From Octopus sinensis (lineage: Eukaryota): a DNA stretch of 64,000 bases. Below are positions 13,807-25,524 of this stretch, one piece after another. The stretch lies in the NCBI RefSeq assembly GCF_006345805.1, contig NC_043022.1:5270001-5334000 (forward strand), in the 5' to 3' direction. Positions within the stretch are counted from its first letter, which is position 1, and every line of letters starts with the position of its first letter. The notes beneath the pieces are model-generated. The model made no database searches, was not told the origin of the DNA, and saw only the letters and a list, made by a program, of their open reading frames with translations. The position numbers were made by a program, and so were the translations under genes.

Positions 13807-14496
13807 ATATATAAACAGGTGCTCCATCGCTTATGATGATGAGTGATCCAGTTGATCCGATCAATGGAACAGCCTGCTTGTGAAATTAACACTCATGTGG
13901 CTGAGTACTTCACAAGCACGCTTCTCCTTAATGTAGTTCTCGGGAAGATTCAGCATGATCCAGAACGGGACATGGTTGGACCATTTGAATTACTGGTACA
14001 ACTCATTTCTGCCAGCTGAATGGACTGGAGCAATAAAGTGGAGTAAAGTGTCTTGCTCAAGGATACAACATGTTTCTGGAGATTGAACCCACAACCTGGA
14101 GTGAGCTAAATGCCCTGGGACTCCGTTGCTTAGGACCAACAAGAGTTCCAGTTAATTTGACCAATGGAACAGCTTACTCGTGAAATTAACAGCTTAGTGG
14201 CTGAGTACTCCACAGACATGCATACCCTTGATGTAGTTCTCAGGGAGATTCAGCATGACACAGAATGTGACAAGGCTGGCCCCATTGAATTACAGGTACA
14301 ATGCATTTCTGCCAGCTGAGTGGACTGGAACAACATGAAAGAAAGTGACTTGCCCAAGGACACAAAGAACCACCAGGAATTGAGCTCACGAACTTATGAT
14401 CATGAGCCGAATACCCTAACCACTAAGCCACACACTTTCACATACATAAATACACACACACACTCACACACACACTAAAAACGAATAAAATCTTAC

Positions 14497-14618
14497 TTTG
14501 TGTATAAATGTATGGCTTTTGCAAGTTCCTCTTCATAATCTGCAAGGTCCACAGCGCCAGGGTTTACCAAATTCATTTCCATTCCTTTCTCTTCCAGTAA
14601 ATATGCGAAAGGGAAGAC
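14497..14618 (-). CDS. VWA3B: VWA3B-like exon (last confidently assignable)
   Basis: ttgcttag| acceptor, |gtaaga donor; VFPFAYLLEEKGMEMNLVNPGAVDLADYEEELAKAIHLYT resembles VFPLAHV...MTLINPQGAKLNIYKRKVEQAIQSYE; 122 nt, phase 0 to 2. Confidence 0.88.
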
Positions 14619-15168
14619 CTAAGCAAAAGATACAATGTTTCTGATAGTTTAGGCATTTCGACAAAGATGGGTTAGATGGGTTTGTAAAGTTTGTACAGAA
14701 CATTATGTTATTGATAGTGTTGATGGTAAAACTGGATCAGATAGATCAGCAAAGTTTGTGAAATATTGATTTCAGATTTTGGCACAAGGCCAGCAATTTT
14801 GGAGGAAGAGGTATGTTAATTACATGAATCCCAGAATTCAACTGAGTCTCATATTGACCCCTAATAGGCAAAAGGCAAAATTGACTTAGGTGAAATTTGA
14901 TCTCAGAACATAAAGGTGGACGAAATGCTTCTAAGCTTTTGGAAGTTGACAATATATACAATTTTGTGCCTTAAAATTCTACTGGATGCCAAAGTTTGGA
15001 ACTTGCCCCTTCAAGATTTCCCTTTCATATACGATAGTATATCTTTCTCTCTTTTGTGTTTAAGGGAGTAGAGACACGGAGCTTTTGAGTGTCCCCAGTA
15101 TTTAAGTCTTTTAACTGAAATTATTTTACTGGTGAATGTTTATATCTTAGACATCTTTTTTTTTTTAT

Positions 15169-15550
15169 GGAAGCACTCCGTCGGTTACGACGATGAGGGT
15201 TCCGGTTGATCCGAATCAACGGAACAGCCTGCTCGTGAAATTAACATGTAAGTGGCTGAGCACTCCACAGACACGTGTACCCTTAACGTAGTTCTCGGGG
15301 ATATTCAGCGTGACACAGAGAGTGACAAGGCCGGCCCTTTGAAATACAGGTACAACAGAAACAGGAAGTAAGAGTGAGAGAAAGTTGTGGTGAAAGAGTA
15401 CAGCAGGGTTCACCACCACCCCCTGCAGGAGCCTTGTGAAGCTTTAGGTATTTTCGCTCAATAAACACTCACAGTGCCTGGTCTGGGAATCAAAACCGCG
15501 ATCCTACGACCTCGAGTCCGCTGCCCTAACCACTGGGCCATTGCGCCTCC
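15169..15550 (-). mobile_element. tRNA-derived SINE family S3 (GGAGGCGCAATGGCCCAGTGG head), full length
   Basis: A and B boxes; near-identical to 29785-30164. Confidence 0.9.
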
Positions 15551-15730
15551 TAGACATCTTTAATGTTTCATAAATAAAAATTCTAAGAAGAAAAACAAAT
15601 CAAATCAAAAACAGGGATTAACAATAATACGTAAATGAAATCCACAATATTTGGGTTGCAGTTCAGGAAACATGAAGGTTACCAAGAAAATATCTGGAGA
15701 GGCAAGTTTGAAACATGAAAGCTGGCTTAA

Positions 15731-15949
15731 CCCTTTAGTGTTCTGATTAGTCTATCAAACATAATGCTTATTGATTCCCATTGATTTTAATTAATCATGC
15801 ATTATCTCATATCTTCAAGATCTTGATGGTGTAATTACTTAATGTAGAATAACATTGTAGGGTAGGTGTGAGAGCCTGGATGTGGTCAGTTTGAGCATAA
15901 AACAGATTAAATATTTTGGCCGGATATGGCCGGTTTAAATACTAAAGGG
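15731..15949. mobile_element. piggyBac-type MITE
   Basis: TTAA target duplication (15727-30, 15950-53) and CCCTTTAGT/ACTAAAGGG terminal inverted repeats. Confidence 0.75.
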
Positions 15950-16315
15950 TTAAGATGGGAAAGATCTAATCTTAAGTCAGAAAATATTGATTTGATATTG
16001 GGAAGTTTTCAGCTTTGAATTTATGCCTGGAAATAGGCAGAAAAGACAGAAAAACAAACACAGAATTTTAAAGGAAATTTAAGCAGAATCTGTTATTAAC
16101 TTAGTTTTATCTGGTAGCATTTCTTATATTTTGAATGGAAATGTAGACACGTAAAAGAGGCTAGAATAGGTAACTGAAGTGTAGCCCAAGTTGTTGCGAT
16201 AGCTGCATGCTAGTTGCAAGGTATATCACCATCATTAAATGTTCTTTGTAACCCTTCGATTTCTTTCATGAGACTGGATGAGTTTGGAGAACAGCATCGA
16301 CATGACATTGCTTAC

Positions 16316-16478
16316 CTCTTTAAACACCCTTGTCAGGGCATGTTTGTTGAGTACAGGGATGTATTTGGCACCATGTGGGATACATGTGGAAGAGAGGACA
16401 TCAAGCAGAGACAATTTCTTTCTTCTGAGGCTGTTATGTCTCAACCATTCTTTTATAATGGATCTTGGCTTTCTCTCT
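16316..16478 (-). CDS. VWA3B: VWA3B-like exon
   Basis: tttttcag| acceptor, |gtaagc donor; EWLRHNSLRRKKLSLLDVLSSTCIPHGAKYIPVLNKHALTRVFKE resembles WLKTYGLVAKKLTLMDALSVAAVPHSSTYVPVLDKHVVSKVFDE; 163 nt, phase 2 to 0. Confidence 0.92.
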
Positions 16479-16609
16479 CTGAAAAATCATGATAATAACG
16501 GAATCGGTAAGTGAAGAAAAGTCAGTGGGTGCACAACAACAACAACAACAAACACTATCTGTCCCCTCCTCATCCATTCCTTTGTATTGCTAAATCCTAC
16601 CCCTTGTGG

Positions 16610-16982
16610 CAATGGTTCCCAAACATTTTCGGGCTGCCACCCCTTTGACACTCGGACCTCAATCCTAGCACCACCCCTCCACCACTCACCACCACAAATG
16701 TAGACTATTTCCTGCAGTAAATTCAAAACAAAAGTATTTCACAAATAAAACTTAACCTATTTAACCCTTTATTTTTGTTTGTTTTTATATCCTTCGTCTC
16801 CTTTTACATCCCCCTATTATTGCCCCCTTTTGGCCATCCAAATTACTGCCCGCTTTTGGTTACTCCATTATTGTCCCTTTTTGGCCACCCCATTATCACT
16901 CCACTTTTCTTCAATGCCCTCTGGATCCTTCCACCACCCCTGGTGGGGTAGGGATCTGTACCACCCGCTTTGGGAACCACTG
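16610..16982. mobile_element. hAT (Charlie-like) MITE
   Basis: CAATGGTTCCCAAA / TTTGGGAACCACTG TIRs; 8-bp flanks CCTTGTGG and CCTTGTTG (7/8 match). Confidence 0.75.
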
Positions 16983-17501
16983 CCTTGTTGTTTTCCTTAT
17001 ATTTCTTCTATTGGGGATGGGTGTCTGTCCATGACCATATACCCTAGAGATGGTGACATTATGTGATGTTACAGTGTTACAGAATTCAGTACACACACAC
17101 ACAAACACACATGCACACACACATACACACAGCCATTCAAGAATTTGGACCTGGAGATCTCATTTCCGGTGACTTCGAGGGCTACCTCCTAGTGGTGTCT
17201 GGTGTCAACGAAGAGCCCTCGACTACAACAAGACGACCAAAGTTTTTTGTTTTTCCAAGGCCTGGGCTCTCCCGCCCCTAAGCCCTAGACCATCACTTAA
17301 TCACCCTTATCCGTCTTGTTCTTTAACAACAACACATACACACACACACACACACACACTGGATATATGTGGCCAGGCAGTTTATAAAAACTTGCCTGGC
17401 CACATGTCTTCATAGCAAGGAACTATTAGTAACTCTTATCTTTATACAGTGTACATTAAATGATATATATACATATTATTAAATATATATGTATATCATT
17501 A

Positions 17502-17533
<32 letters not shown>

Positions 17534-17564
17534 ATTTATATATATATATATATATATACATACA

Positions 17565-17740
17565 TATATAAATATAGGGAGAGTTTACGAAAAAAACAAA
17601 AGACGAAGACAGGTGGTGTACAAAACAAACAGATGTATTAGTATAATGCTCAGGAATAGAAAAAGTCTTTTACGTTTCGAGCCTACACTCTTCTACAGAA
17701 AGGGACACAGAAAAAACAAGGAGAGAAAAAAATGTGTGTA
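17565..17740 (-). mobile_element. Family A short element carrying a hammerhead-like motif
   Basis: Shares body with 7450 and 18705 copies. Confidence 0.7.
17665..17704 (-). ncRNA. Putative minimal type I hammerhead ribozyme, U6 variant
   Basis: Minus strand CUUU CUGUAGA A GAGU-GUAG-GCUC GAAAC GUA AAAG: stem I, core, stem II, palindromic ACGU stem III, GUA triplet. Confidence 0.55.
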
Positions 17741-17982
17741 GGGGCTAATGCATGTATGTATGTTTCGCTTCGGTTTTCAATCATTTAAATTCTTCCTTTG
17801 AAAAAGGAGTTGATTTCTATCAAAGTTACGAAGCTCCATTGTTGGAATGTAGATAACAGAAACAATGTCACATTCTGAACTTAAGGAAAGCCTTGCGTAT
17901 TTCTACTGTTCCACTTACAGATCGTGTCTGTAATGTGCATGTTAGTTGATGCACGTATGTATGCATGTATGCACACACTTAA

Positions 17983-18202
17983 CCCTTTCATTACTGTATT
18001 TATTTTGAGATGCTCTGTGTTTCTTTCAATTACTTTAAATATAATAAAGAATTTAGTAAAATAACTTAGTCATCATTAAGCTAGTGTTAGGAACATAAAT
18101 TGTGACTAAGGTTTGGTGGAAGATTTTAATTCAAAACTTATGCAAACAAGACATTTGTACTCAGAGCCAGAGCCGGTTTCAGCCGGGTTGGTAACAAAAG
18201 GG
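17983..18202. mobile_element. piggyBac-type MITE
   Basis: TTAA on both sides; 12-bp TIR CCCTTTCATTAC vs GTAACAAAAGGG (2 mismatches). Confidence 0.72.
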
Positions 18203-18220
18203 TTAAACACTCTCTCTCTC

Positions 18221-18256
<36 letters not shown>

Positions 18257-18537
18257 CGTGTGTGTGTGTTTGTGTGTGTAAATATATATGTATATGTCCA
18301 ACCCATGCTAGCATGGAAAGCGGACGTTAAACGATGATGATGATGATGATGACGTATATATATGTTACATCATGTCGTAAGACCAAATGTGTGTGTATAC
18401 ATATATGTATGTATATTACACTCTCTTCAGGACAGAGAAGGTCATGAATACCAACTTCTTTCCAAACATTTCCTGAAGAAAGTATCCTAACTCCAAAATA
18501 TTGAAACTGCAGGTTCTGGCTTTAAAAAATATAATTA

Positions 18538-18604
<67 letters not shown>

Positions 18605-18797
18605 GTATATATATATGTATGTATATAACTGATTTTTCTCAAGGCTTTGATCGAGGAGCTTTACCCTAATTGTCACACTGTGATATGTATGTATATATAT
18701 GTATGTATAGTTGAAATTTACTGAAAAACAAAAGACAAAGACAGGTGTATGAACAGCAAGCAGGTGTATTAGTTTGATGCTCAGGAAAGTGAGAAAG

Positions 18798-18835
18798 CCT
18801 TTTACATTTCGAGCGTATGCTCTTCAACAGAAAGG
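18798..18835 (-). ncRNA. Putative minimal type I hammerhead ribozyme, U6 variant (in family A element 18705-18870)
   Basis: Minus strand CCUUU CUGUUGA A GAGC-AUAC-GCUC GAAAU GUA AAAGG: 5-bp stem I, 4-bp stem II. Confidence 0.55.
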
Positions 18836-19287
18836 AATAACAGAAAGTAAACAGAGAGAGAATGAAAAGACTTGGGGATTTAATGGTCAAGTATGGCGAC
18901 TGGTTGGAGAAAAAAATTGGTTTACACACATGCATGCAGGAAAGGCTTCTACCTACAAAATATTATTCCTGATTTTTCTCAAGGCTTTGATCGAAGAGCT
19001 TTACCCTAATTGTCACACTGTGATTGAACTCAGAACCTGATGGTTGAGCAGCAAACTTCTTAACCTTACAGCTATGCCTGCACCAAAATAACCAGATGCC
19101 GACAGAGGACGGCAAACCAGGATCTCATAATCCAAGGAACCAGGAAGTAAAAATGAGACGGTCATCATAAATATAATATCAAAGAAGTTTAATAAGGCTT
19201 TGCAAAGGTCACTTCCTTTGATGACGACCAAATAACGACCTCAAAAGTGGTCAAAGTTTATACATTTCATAACTGACCATTCCTTAC

Positions 19288-19345
19288 CTCAATATCAATG
19301 GTGGTCTGGGGCAGACGGGGGAGCTGTTTGCTTTGATTTCAGCTT
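19288..19345 (-). CDS. VWA3B: VWA3B-like small exon
   Basis: cttttgcag| acceptor, AG|gtaagg donor; (K)AEIKANSSPVCPRPPLIL(R); 58 nt, phase 1 to 2 is exactly what is needed to join 20545 to 16478. Confidence 0.7.
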
Positions 19346-19389
19346 CTGCAAAAGAATGAGGTTGAGGTTTAGACAATCTTGTTCTCATT

Positions 19390-20090
19390 GTGGTATGATG
19401 GTGGTGCTGGTGGTGGTGGTGGTGGTAGTGGTTGTGGTTGCAGTTGTGGTGGTGGTGGTGGTGGTGATGGTAATGGAATTATTGCAGATTTCACTGTTGT
19501 ATGGTTGTGGCAGCAGCAGTGATGGTGGTGGTGGTGGTTGTGGTGGTGGTGGTGGTGGTTGTGGTGGTGGTGGTGGTGGTGGTGGTAGTGGTTGTGGTTG
19601 CAGTTGTGGTGGTGGTGGTGGTGGTGGTGGTAATGGAATTATTGCAGATTTCACTGTTGTATGGTTGTGGCAGCAGCAGTGATGGTGGTGGTGGTGGTGG
19701 TGGTGGTGGTGGTGGTGGTTGTGGTGGTGGTGGTGGTGGTGGTGGTAGTGGTTGTGGTTGCAGTTGTGGTGGTGGTGGTGGTGGTGGTGGTAATGGAATT
19801 ATTGCAGATTTCACTGTTGTATGGTTGTGGCAGCAGCAGTGATGGTGGTGGTGGTGGTATGATGGTGGTGATGGTGGTGGTTGTGGTGGTGGTGGTGGTG
19901 GTGGTGGTAGTGGTTGTGGTTGCAGTTGTGGTGGTGGTGGTGGTGGTGGTGGTAATGGAATTATTGCAGATTTCACTGTTGTATGGTTGTGGCAGCAGCA
20001 GTGATGGTGGTGGTGGTGGTATGATGGTGGTGGTGGTGGTGGTAGTGGTTGTGGTTGCAGTTGTGGTGGTGGTGGAGGTGGTTTGGGAGG
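19390..20090. repeat. (GGT)n array with higher-order repeat of about 160 bp
   Basis: Core TAATGGAATTATTGCAGATTTCACTGTTGTATGGTTGTGGCAGCAGCAG at 19471, 19631, 19791 and 19953. Confidence 0.92.
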
Positions 20091-20283
20091 TAGTGGTTAT
20101 TTCATATGGTCTCACTGTCGTTGCTGTTTTTGTTTATGCTTATGATAACGTCTTTCCAGCCATGACCACCCTCATGTATGTTATTGTATGTCTAAAACCA
20201 CACCATCTAGTTTTATTTACTATCCTCCTCCACGTCCGACCTGATTCTGGACAAATATATAAAAACACTCTGCTCATTATTGT

Positions 20284-20498
20284 GGCCATTTGCCAGCCTC
20301 GCCTGGCACCTGTGCAGGTGGCACGTAAAAAGCACCCACTACACTCACGGAGTGGTTGGCGTTAGGAAGGGCATCCAGCCATAGAAACACTGCCAAATCT
20401 GACTGGGCCCGATGAAGCCTTCCGGCTTCACAGACCCCAGTTAAACCGTCCAACCCATGCTAGCGTGGAAAACGGATGCTAAATGATGATGATGATGA
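20284..20498 (+). mobile_element. RTE-type 3' tail element
   Basis: GGTGGCACGTAAAAAGCACCCAC...CCAACCCATGCTAGC...(GAT)n; similar copies at 35183-35389, 56270-56557 and 57080-57270. Confidence 0.8.
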
Positions 20499-20544
20499 TT
20501 ATACCATTGTGAAGAATATAGAATATTTTGTGAGTGAGGCTTAC

Positions 20545-20625
20545 TTTTTTCTTGAGTCTCTCTGCTTATTGGTCTGCTCCCTTTCTTTATGTTCTTAAGT
20601 CTGAGGTAACTGGTCTTCGTTGAAC
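20545..20625 (-). CDS. VWA3B: VWA3B-like exon
   Basis: tttttacag| acceptor, |gtaagc donor; (G)STKTSYLRLKNIKKGSRPISRETQEK resembles ESTKTSLLRSQ; 81 nt, phase 1 to 1. Confidence 0.78.
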
Positions 20626-22239
20626 CTGTAAAAATATACAGAGAGAGATAAGGCTGTAGACTCTCAGAATGGTTAGCATGGCAGGCAAAATGCTTAGTGG
20701 CATTTCAACTGTTTTTACGGTCTGAGTTCAAATTTTCCCAAGGTCAGCATTGCATTTCATCCTCTCAGGGTTGATAAAATAAGTACCAGTTAAACACTGA
20801 GGTTGATGTAATCAACTTATCTCCCCTCCCCCAAAATTTGAAATCAATATACCCAGGGAGAGAAATATTGGGAACATATCAAAGAAAAATAATATCAACT
20901 GAGGAAGTATAATAAGATCGAAACACATCTAGAGTTGTCTCCCATATTTACCAAAGATCTAACACATTCCCTACTTCGTTGCATGTATTGAGTCAAAGTT
21001 TCTTGTTTGAGGACACCTGAAAGAGTCACAGGCACTGCCCTCCCCTCCTGGCTAAAAGATTTAAAGTAATTAATACTGTGCTAAATTCCTAGGGTCATCA
21101 AAACTTAAGCAAGACTGTCTCACAGAATTAGTTCTGATTGACTACATTCTGAGTTCAAATCCTGTTGAAGTTAGTGTAGCCTATCAACTTTTCAAGGTCA
21201 ATAAATAAAGAACTTCGTCAATGTGGTGGAATGGTAAAATTGTCAGAATAGGGGATTTGTGGTGTCTATTTTGGTTTCCCACTTTCTGATGGCAACATAG
21301 CCTAGCAGATCGAGGGTTGCGTTCATGGTCTACTGTTCATGAGTTCAATTTCCAGGTTGAGTGGTGTATTGCTTTCTTCAACAAAACACTTCATTTCATG
21401 CTACTCCAGTCCATGGGTAACTTTGCCATGAACTAGCCTTCTGATCAGCGGGGGTGTTGGCCTGTTCATCTAGTCAGTGGAATGGTCCTATTCAAAAGCT
21501 AAAAAATAATGCAAAGTGTATTGTGACCAATGATGTAGGACAACATCTGACTGGTCAATGACAAGACCACCTGATTTTCTGATGACAACACCTGAGATAA
21601 AGCTGAGGCCCTTCTTGAAGACAACATTTTTAGTGTGGAGATGGGCGATTGGCATGTATGGACAACTACTGTATTTCTACATGTCCTTGCTCAAGTCCTG
21701 TACCTTACAGAACTTTCCAGATGTAGATCCACAGACTCACAAGTGAATTGGTGGACCTTGGTAAGCATTGTGATAGAACAGGTGAGAGTAAAGTTTTGAA
21801 AACTTTTAAATGTGAAATATGTTATACACCTGTCGTTATTTTTTAAATCTGCAATCACAAAGGGTTGTATGGGACAACTCACCTGCAGTCTTGAGTTAGG
21901 TTGAGGTCAAACCCTAGTGTGACTCCAACACTTTCTGCTACGGGATAGTATGCTATTGCAAAAGGTTGTTTAAAAAAAACAGCAAAGTTACCGACCCTTA
22001 AGGGCCAGTTTCCTGGGTTAAATGATATATAAATTTCCTACAAGGATTAGACATCAGTCCATGATAGGATAACTCATCTTTGTCAGCCAAGTGGACTGGG
22101 GCAACATGAAATGAAGTGTCTTGCTCAAGAACATAATGTGTCATCCAATCCAGGAATCGAGGCCCCAATCTTATGATCATGAATCCAACACCCTCACCAC
22201 TAAGCTATGCGTCTCCACTAAAGAACTGTTTAGGCCAAC

Positions 22240-22560
22240 CATGAGGGCACATGGCTTAGTGGTTAGGGTATTTGGCTTATGATCATATGGTCATGAGTTC
22301 AATACCTGGTGGCATGTTGTGTCCTTGAGCAAGACACATTATTCCACACTGCTTCAGTCCACTCAGCTGTCCAGAATGAGTTGTACCAGTAATTCAAGAG
22401 GGCCCAGCCTTGTCACGTTCTGTGTCACACCGAATCTCCCTGAGAAGAACATTAAGGGCATGCATGTCTGTGGAGCACTCAGCCACTTGCATGTTAATTT
22501 CACGAGCAGGCTGTTCTGTTGATCGGGTCAACTGAAACCCTCCTCGTTGTAACCAACAGT
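22240..22560 (+). mobile_element. tRNA-derived SINE family S4 (GCATGGCTTAGTGGTTAGGG head, CTTGAGCAAGACAC core)
   Basis: A and B boxes; related copies at 13990-14440, 44668-44828, 46603-46800 and 54070-54360. Confidence 0.78.
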
Positions 22561-22720
22561 GCCATCTATTTTTTCTTTAGGTAACCCAATCACCATTCCC
22601 CTAAACTACTATTAGAACTCAGCCCCTTATTTAGGGAGAAAGTTAATTGTGTCCTTTTAAATAATTACTTTAAAACAATTAAGAAAATGGTTTAAGACAG
22701 GGAAAGAATTTTGTTCTTAC

Positions 22721-22929
22721 CAGCAAAAAGAATGTTTTTCTGTTGTGGGGGAAATTTGTGAGATTTTTCCTTGTAGTAAAAGGATTCTGGGTTCTTCTGG
22801 AAAGAATAACATTTCCTTGGAATCGAATGAGTTGGTACAGGAAATTCCAGTTTATCCACTGATTGATAAGTACCTTTGGAGGAAAGATCTGAAGAAGCGG
22901 AACCCTCACACGACAATAAGGAATTATTT
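22721..22929 (-). CDS. VWA3B: VWA3B-like exon (poorly conserved linker)
   Basis: ttacag| acceptor, G|gtaaga donor; open frame ending PPQQKNILFA(G), resembling QKKKVLHA(E); 209 nt, phase 2 to 1 fits both neighbours. Confidence 0.75.
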
Positions 22930-23011
22930 CTGTAAGACAAAGGATCACCATTAGTATTCGTTGATAAACAGCAAAAGTTTCTTTTTCTTTCTCAGCAAAA
23001 TGACATTTTGG

Positions 23012-23412
23012 TTACTCTTTTACTTGTTTCAGTCATTTGACTGCGGCCATGCTGGAGCACCGCCTTATGTCGAGCAACTCGACCCCGCGACTTATTCTTT
23101 TGTAAGCCCAGTACTTATTCTATCGGCCTCTTTTGCCGAACCGCTAAGTAACGGGGACATAAACGCACCAGCATCGGTTGTCAAGCAATGCTAGGGGGAC
23201 AAACACAGACACACAAACATACACACACATACATATATATACATATATACGACGGGCTTCTTTCAGTTTCCGTCTACCAAATCCACTCACAAGGCTTTGG
23301 TCGGCCTGAGGCTATAGTAGAAGACACTTGCCCAAGGTGCCACGCAGTGGGACTGAACCCGGAACCATGTGGCTGGTAAACAAGCTACTTACCACACAGC
23401 CACTCCTGCGCC
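23012..23412 (-). mobile_element. SINE family S1, full length
   Basis: Near-identical to other S1 copies. Confidence 0.92.
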
Positions 23413-23817
23413 TGGATAATGAACCAAAACGGCAGCAGAATTGTTTGCAGGCAGAATTCTTAGTGGCATTCTGTCTGTCTTTATGTTCTGAGTTTAAATT
23501 CTGTTGAAGTTGACTTTGTCTTTCATCCTTTCGGGGCCAATTAGATAGGTACCAGTTATTTACTGGGAGTCAATGCAACTGGCTTTTCCCTTCCTCCAAA
23601 ATTGCTGGCCTTGAGCCAAAATTTGAAACCATTATTATTATTTCTTTTTATCTCAGGTTTTGTTGGAACTCCCGGAGTCTTGCATGCATAGTGGGCTTGC
23701 TACCCGCAGCCTACAGTACCATGCTATCCGTTCTTTTCAGCTATCTAATATTTTTCTGATTATTCTGGCCATGCCAAAGAAGCAAACCTTTTGTAACAGT
23801 TCTGCTGGGCATTATTA

Positions 23818-24265
23818 TTATTATTGAGTGAGAGAGCAGTGCATGCCATCAAAGTGACACTGGGGTACAGATATACAAAGCCCCATCATAACTACCCATC
23901 TGATAAGGGTACACCAGGCACATGCATCACAACCATATGTGTGCAACATGGTGATCTCATATCTAGATAAACAGCACATGACCTTGAAAGTGGGGCTTGG
24001 TTAGAATTTTCTTCAGGTTGAGTAGCTCATCCTGCTCAAAAGGTCCCTGAATAAGGTTTGTTTAAGGATGTTGAACAAAACACCCATGTTTCTAAAGGTG
24101 AATTATCCAAACCCCAAAGAATTCCTCTCAACACATGGCTATGATGCTCCCCAACTACTTCAACTCAGGATCAGAGATGCACATATCGTCAGCCACTAAG
24201 GAACATGCTCAACTGGTTAAGGTCAAACAACTGACAAGCAAATCTGTGTTATGAAGCAGCTTAGC
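23818..24265. mobile_element. (AAT)n-associated interspersed element, inverted relative to the 38565-39575 copy
   Basis: GAGTGAGAGAGCAGTGCATGCCATCAAAGTGACAC is the reverse complement of sequence near 39530-39565; abuts (ATT)n. Confidence 0.75.
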
Positions 24266-24383
24266 AGCATTTTGTCCATATTTATGTTCTGAGTTCAAAT
24301 TCCATTGATTTCAACTTTGCCTTTCATCTTTCAAATTAATGGTCTTGTGAGAAAACTTGAAACTATTCTCTTTCTTTTCTTTT

Positions 24384-24790
24384 TACTCTTTTTACTTGTT
24401 GCAGACATTTGACTGCGGCCATGCTGGAGCACTGCCTTTAGTCGAGCAAATCGACCCCGGGACTTATTCTTTGTAAGCCCAGTACTTATTCTATCGGTCT
24501 CTTTTGCCGAACTGCTAAGTTACGGGGACGTAAACACACCAGCATCGGTTGCCAAGCAATGCTAGGGGAACAAACACAGACACACAAACATATTCACACA
24601 CACTTATATATATATATACATATATACAACAGGCTTCTTTCAGTTTCCGTCTACCAAATCCACTCACAAGGCATTGGTCGGCCCGGGGCTATAGCAGAAG
24701 ACACGTGCCCAAGATGCCACGCAGTGGGACTGAACCCGGGAACCATGTGGTTGGTTAGCAAGCTACTTACCAAACAGCCACTCCTGCGCC
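24384..24790 (-). mobile_element. SINE family S1, full length
   Basis: Near-identical to other S1 copies. Confidence 0.92.
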
Positions 24791-25524
24791 TATTGTATAA
24801 TGTATACATCTTTATACATTACTGGCAGAAACACTGCCCTCTGAGTGGCTTTCGGCAAGTTGTTTGATCATATTTACACATTTGATTCCCAATTTGCGTA
24901 ATTTTTCTGATATGTCTATCTCTTTGTATCCCTTATTCAGTACTAATTTGCTCAATGAATAAATTTAGAATTGCTTTTCTTTTTCGAAAACACCCAAGTC
25001 AAGTGAAAGGATACTGGAGTCCACATAATTTGGCTGATGCTGTATTAAACTTATAATTCTGAAGAAATGTTTTTACTGATATGTCTGTAGAAAGTAGTGT
25101 TATGAAAAGTATAAAAGAGAGAAAAGACAAAGAGAGAATGCAGTCTTGCAGTGTTAAAAAATGCTATTTTACACTAAATTAAAATTAGTTTTCTGTACTT
25201 GGCATCTTCAATGTTAAAGGACTTTGAAAATCACATTTTGATAAAAACTATATTAAAATTGTAATTTTTAAGAATTTTCTTGATAGTGTAGACTTTAATA
25301 ATCACTTTATTTTAGTAAAAGTTATATACTCCAAATTATATGCAGTTTTTTCTATTATATTATAGACATATTATATATACATCATTATACATTATTATGT
25401 GTAATGTAAAGGCTCAATTATAAAAAATAAAAACTAATGAAAAATATTGCTTACAAAAGAATTTGCCATGGTAATAATTTGTAATTTCAATGGCAGAAGA
25501 AAATAGAAATAGGTGCTTTCTTAC

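Noticed and set aside
19390-20090. Constant repeat with variable spacers resembling CRISPR
   Set aside because: Spacers are (GGT)n microsatellite and the core is not CRISPR-like
20952-21051. 100-nt AG/GT-bounded candidate exon
   Set aside because: Phase 2 to 0 leads to a stop in exon 20625; there is no homology support
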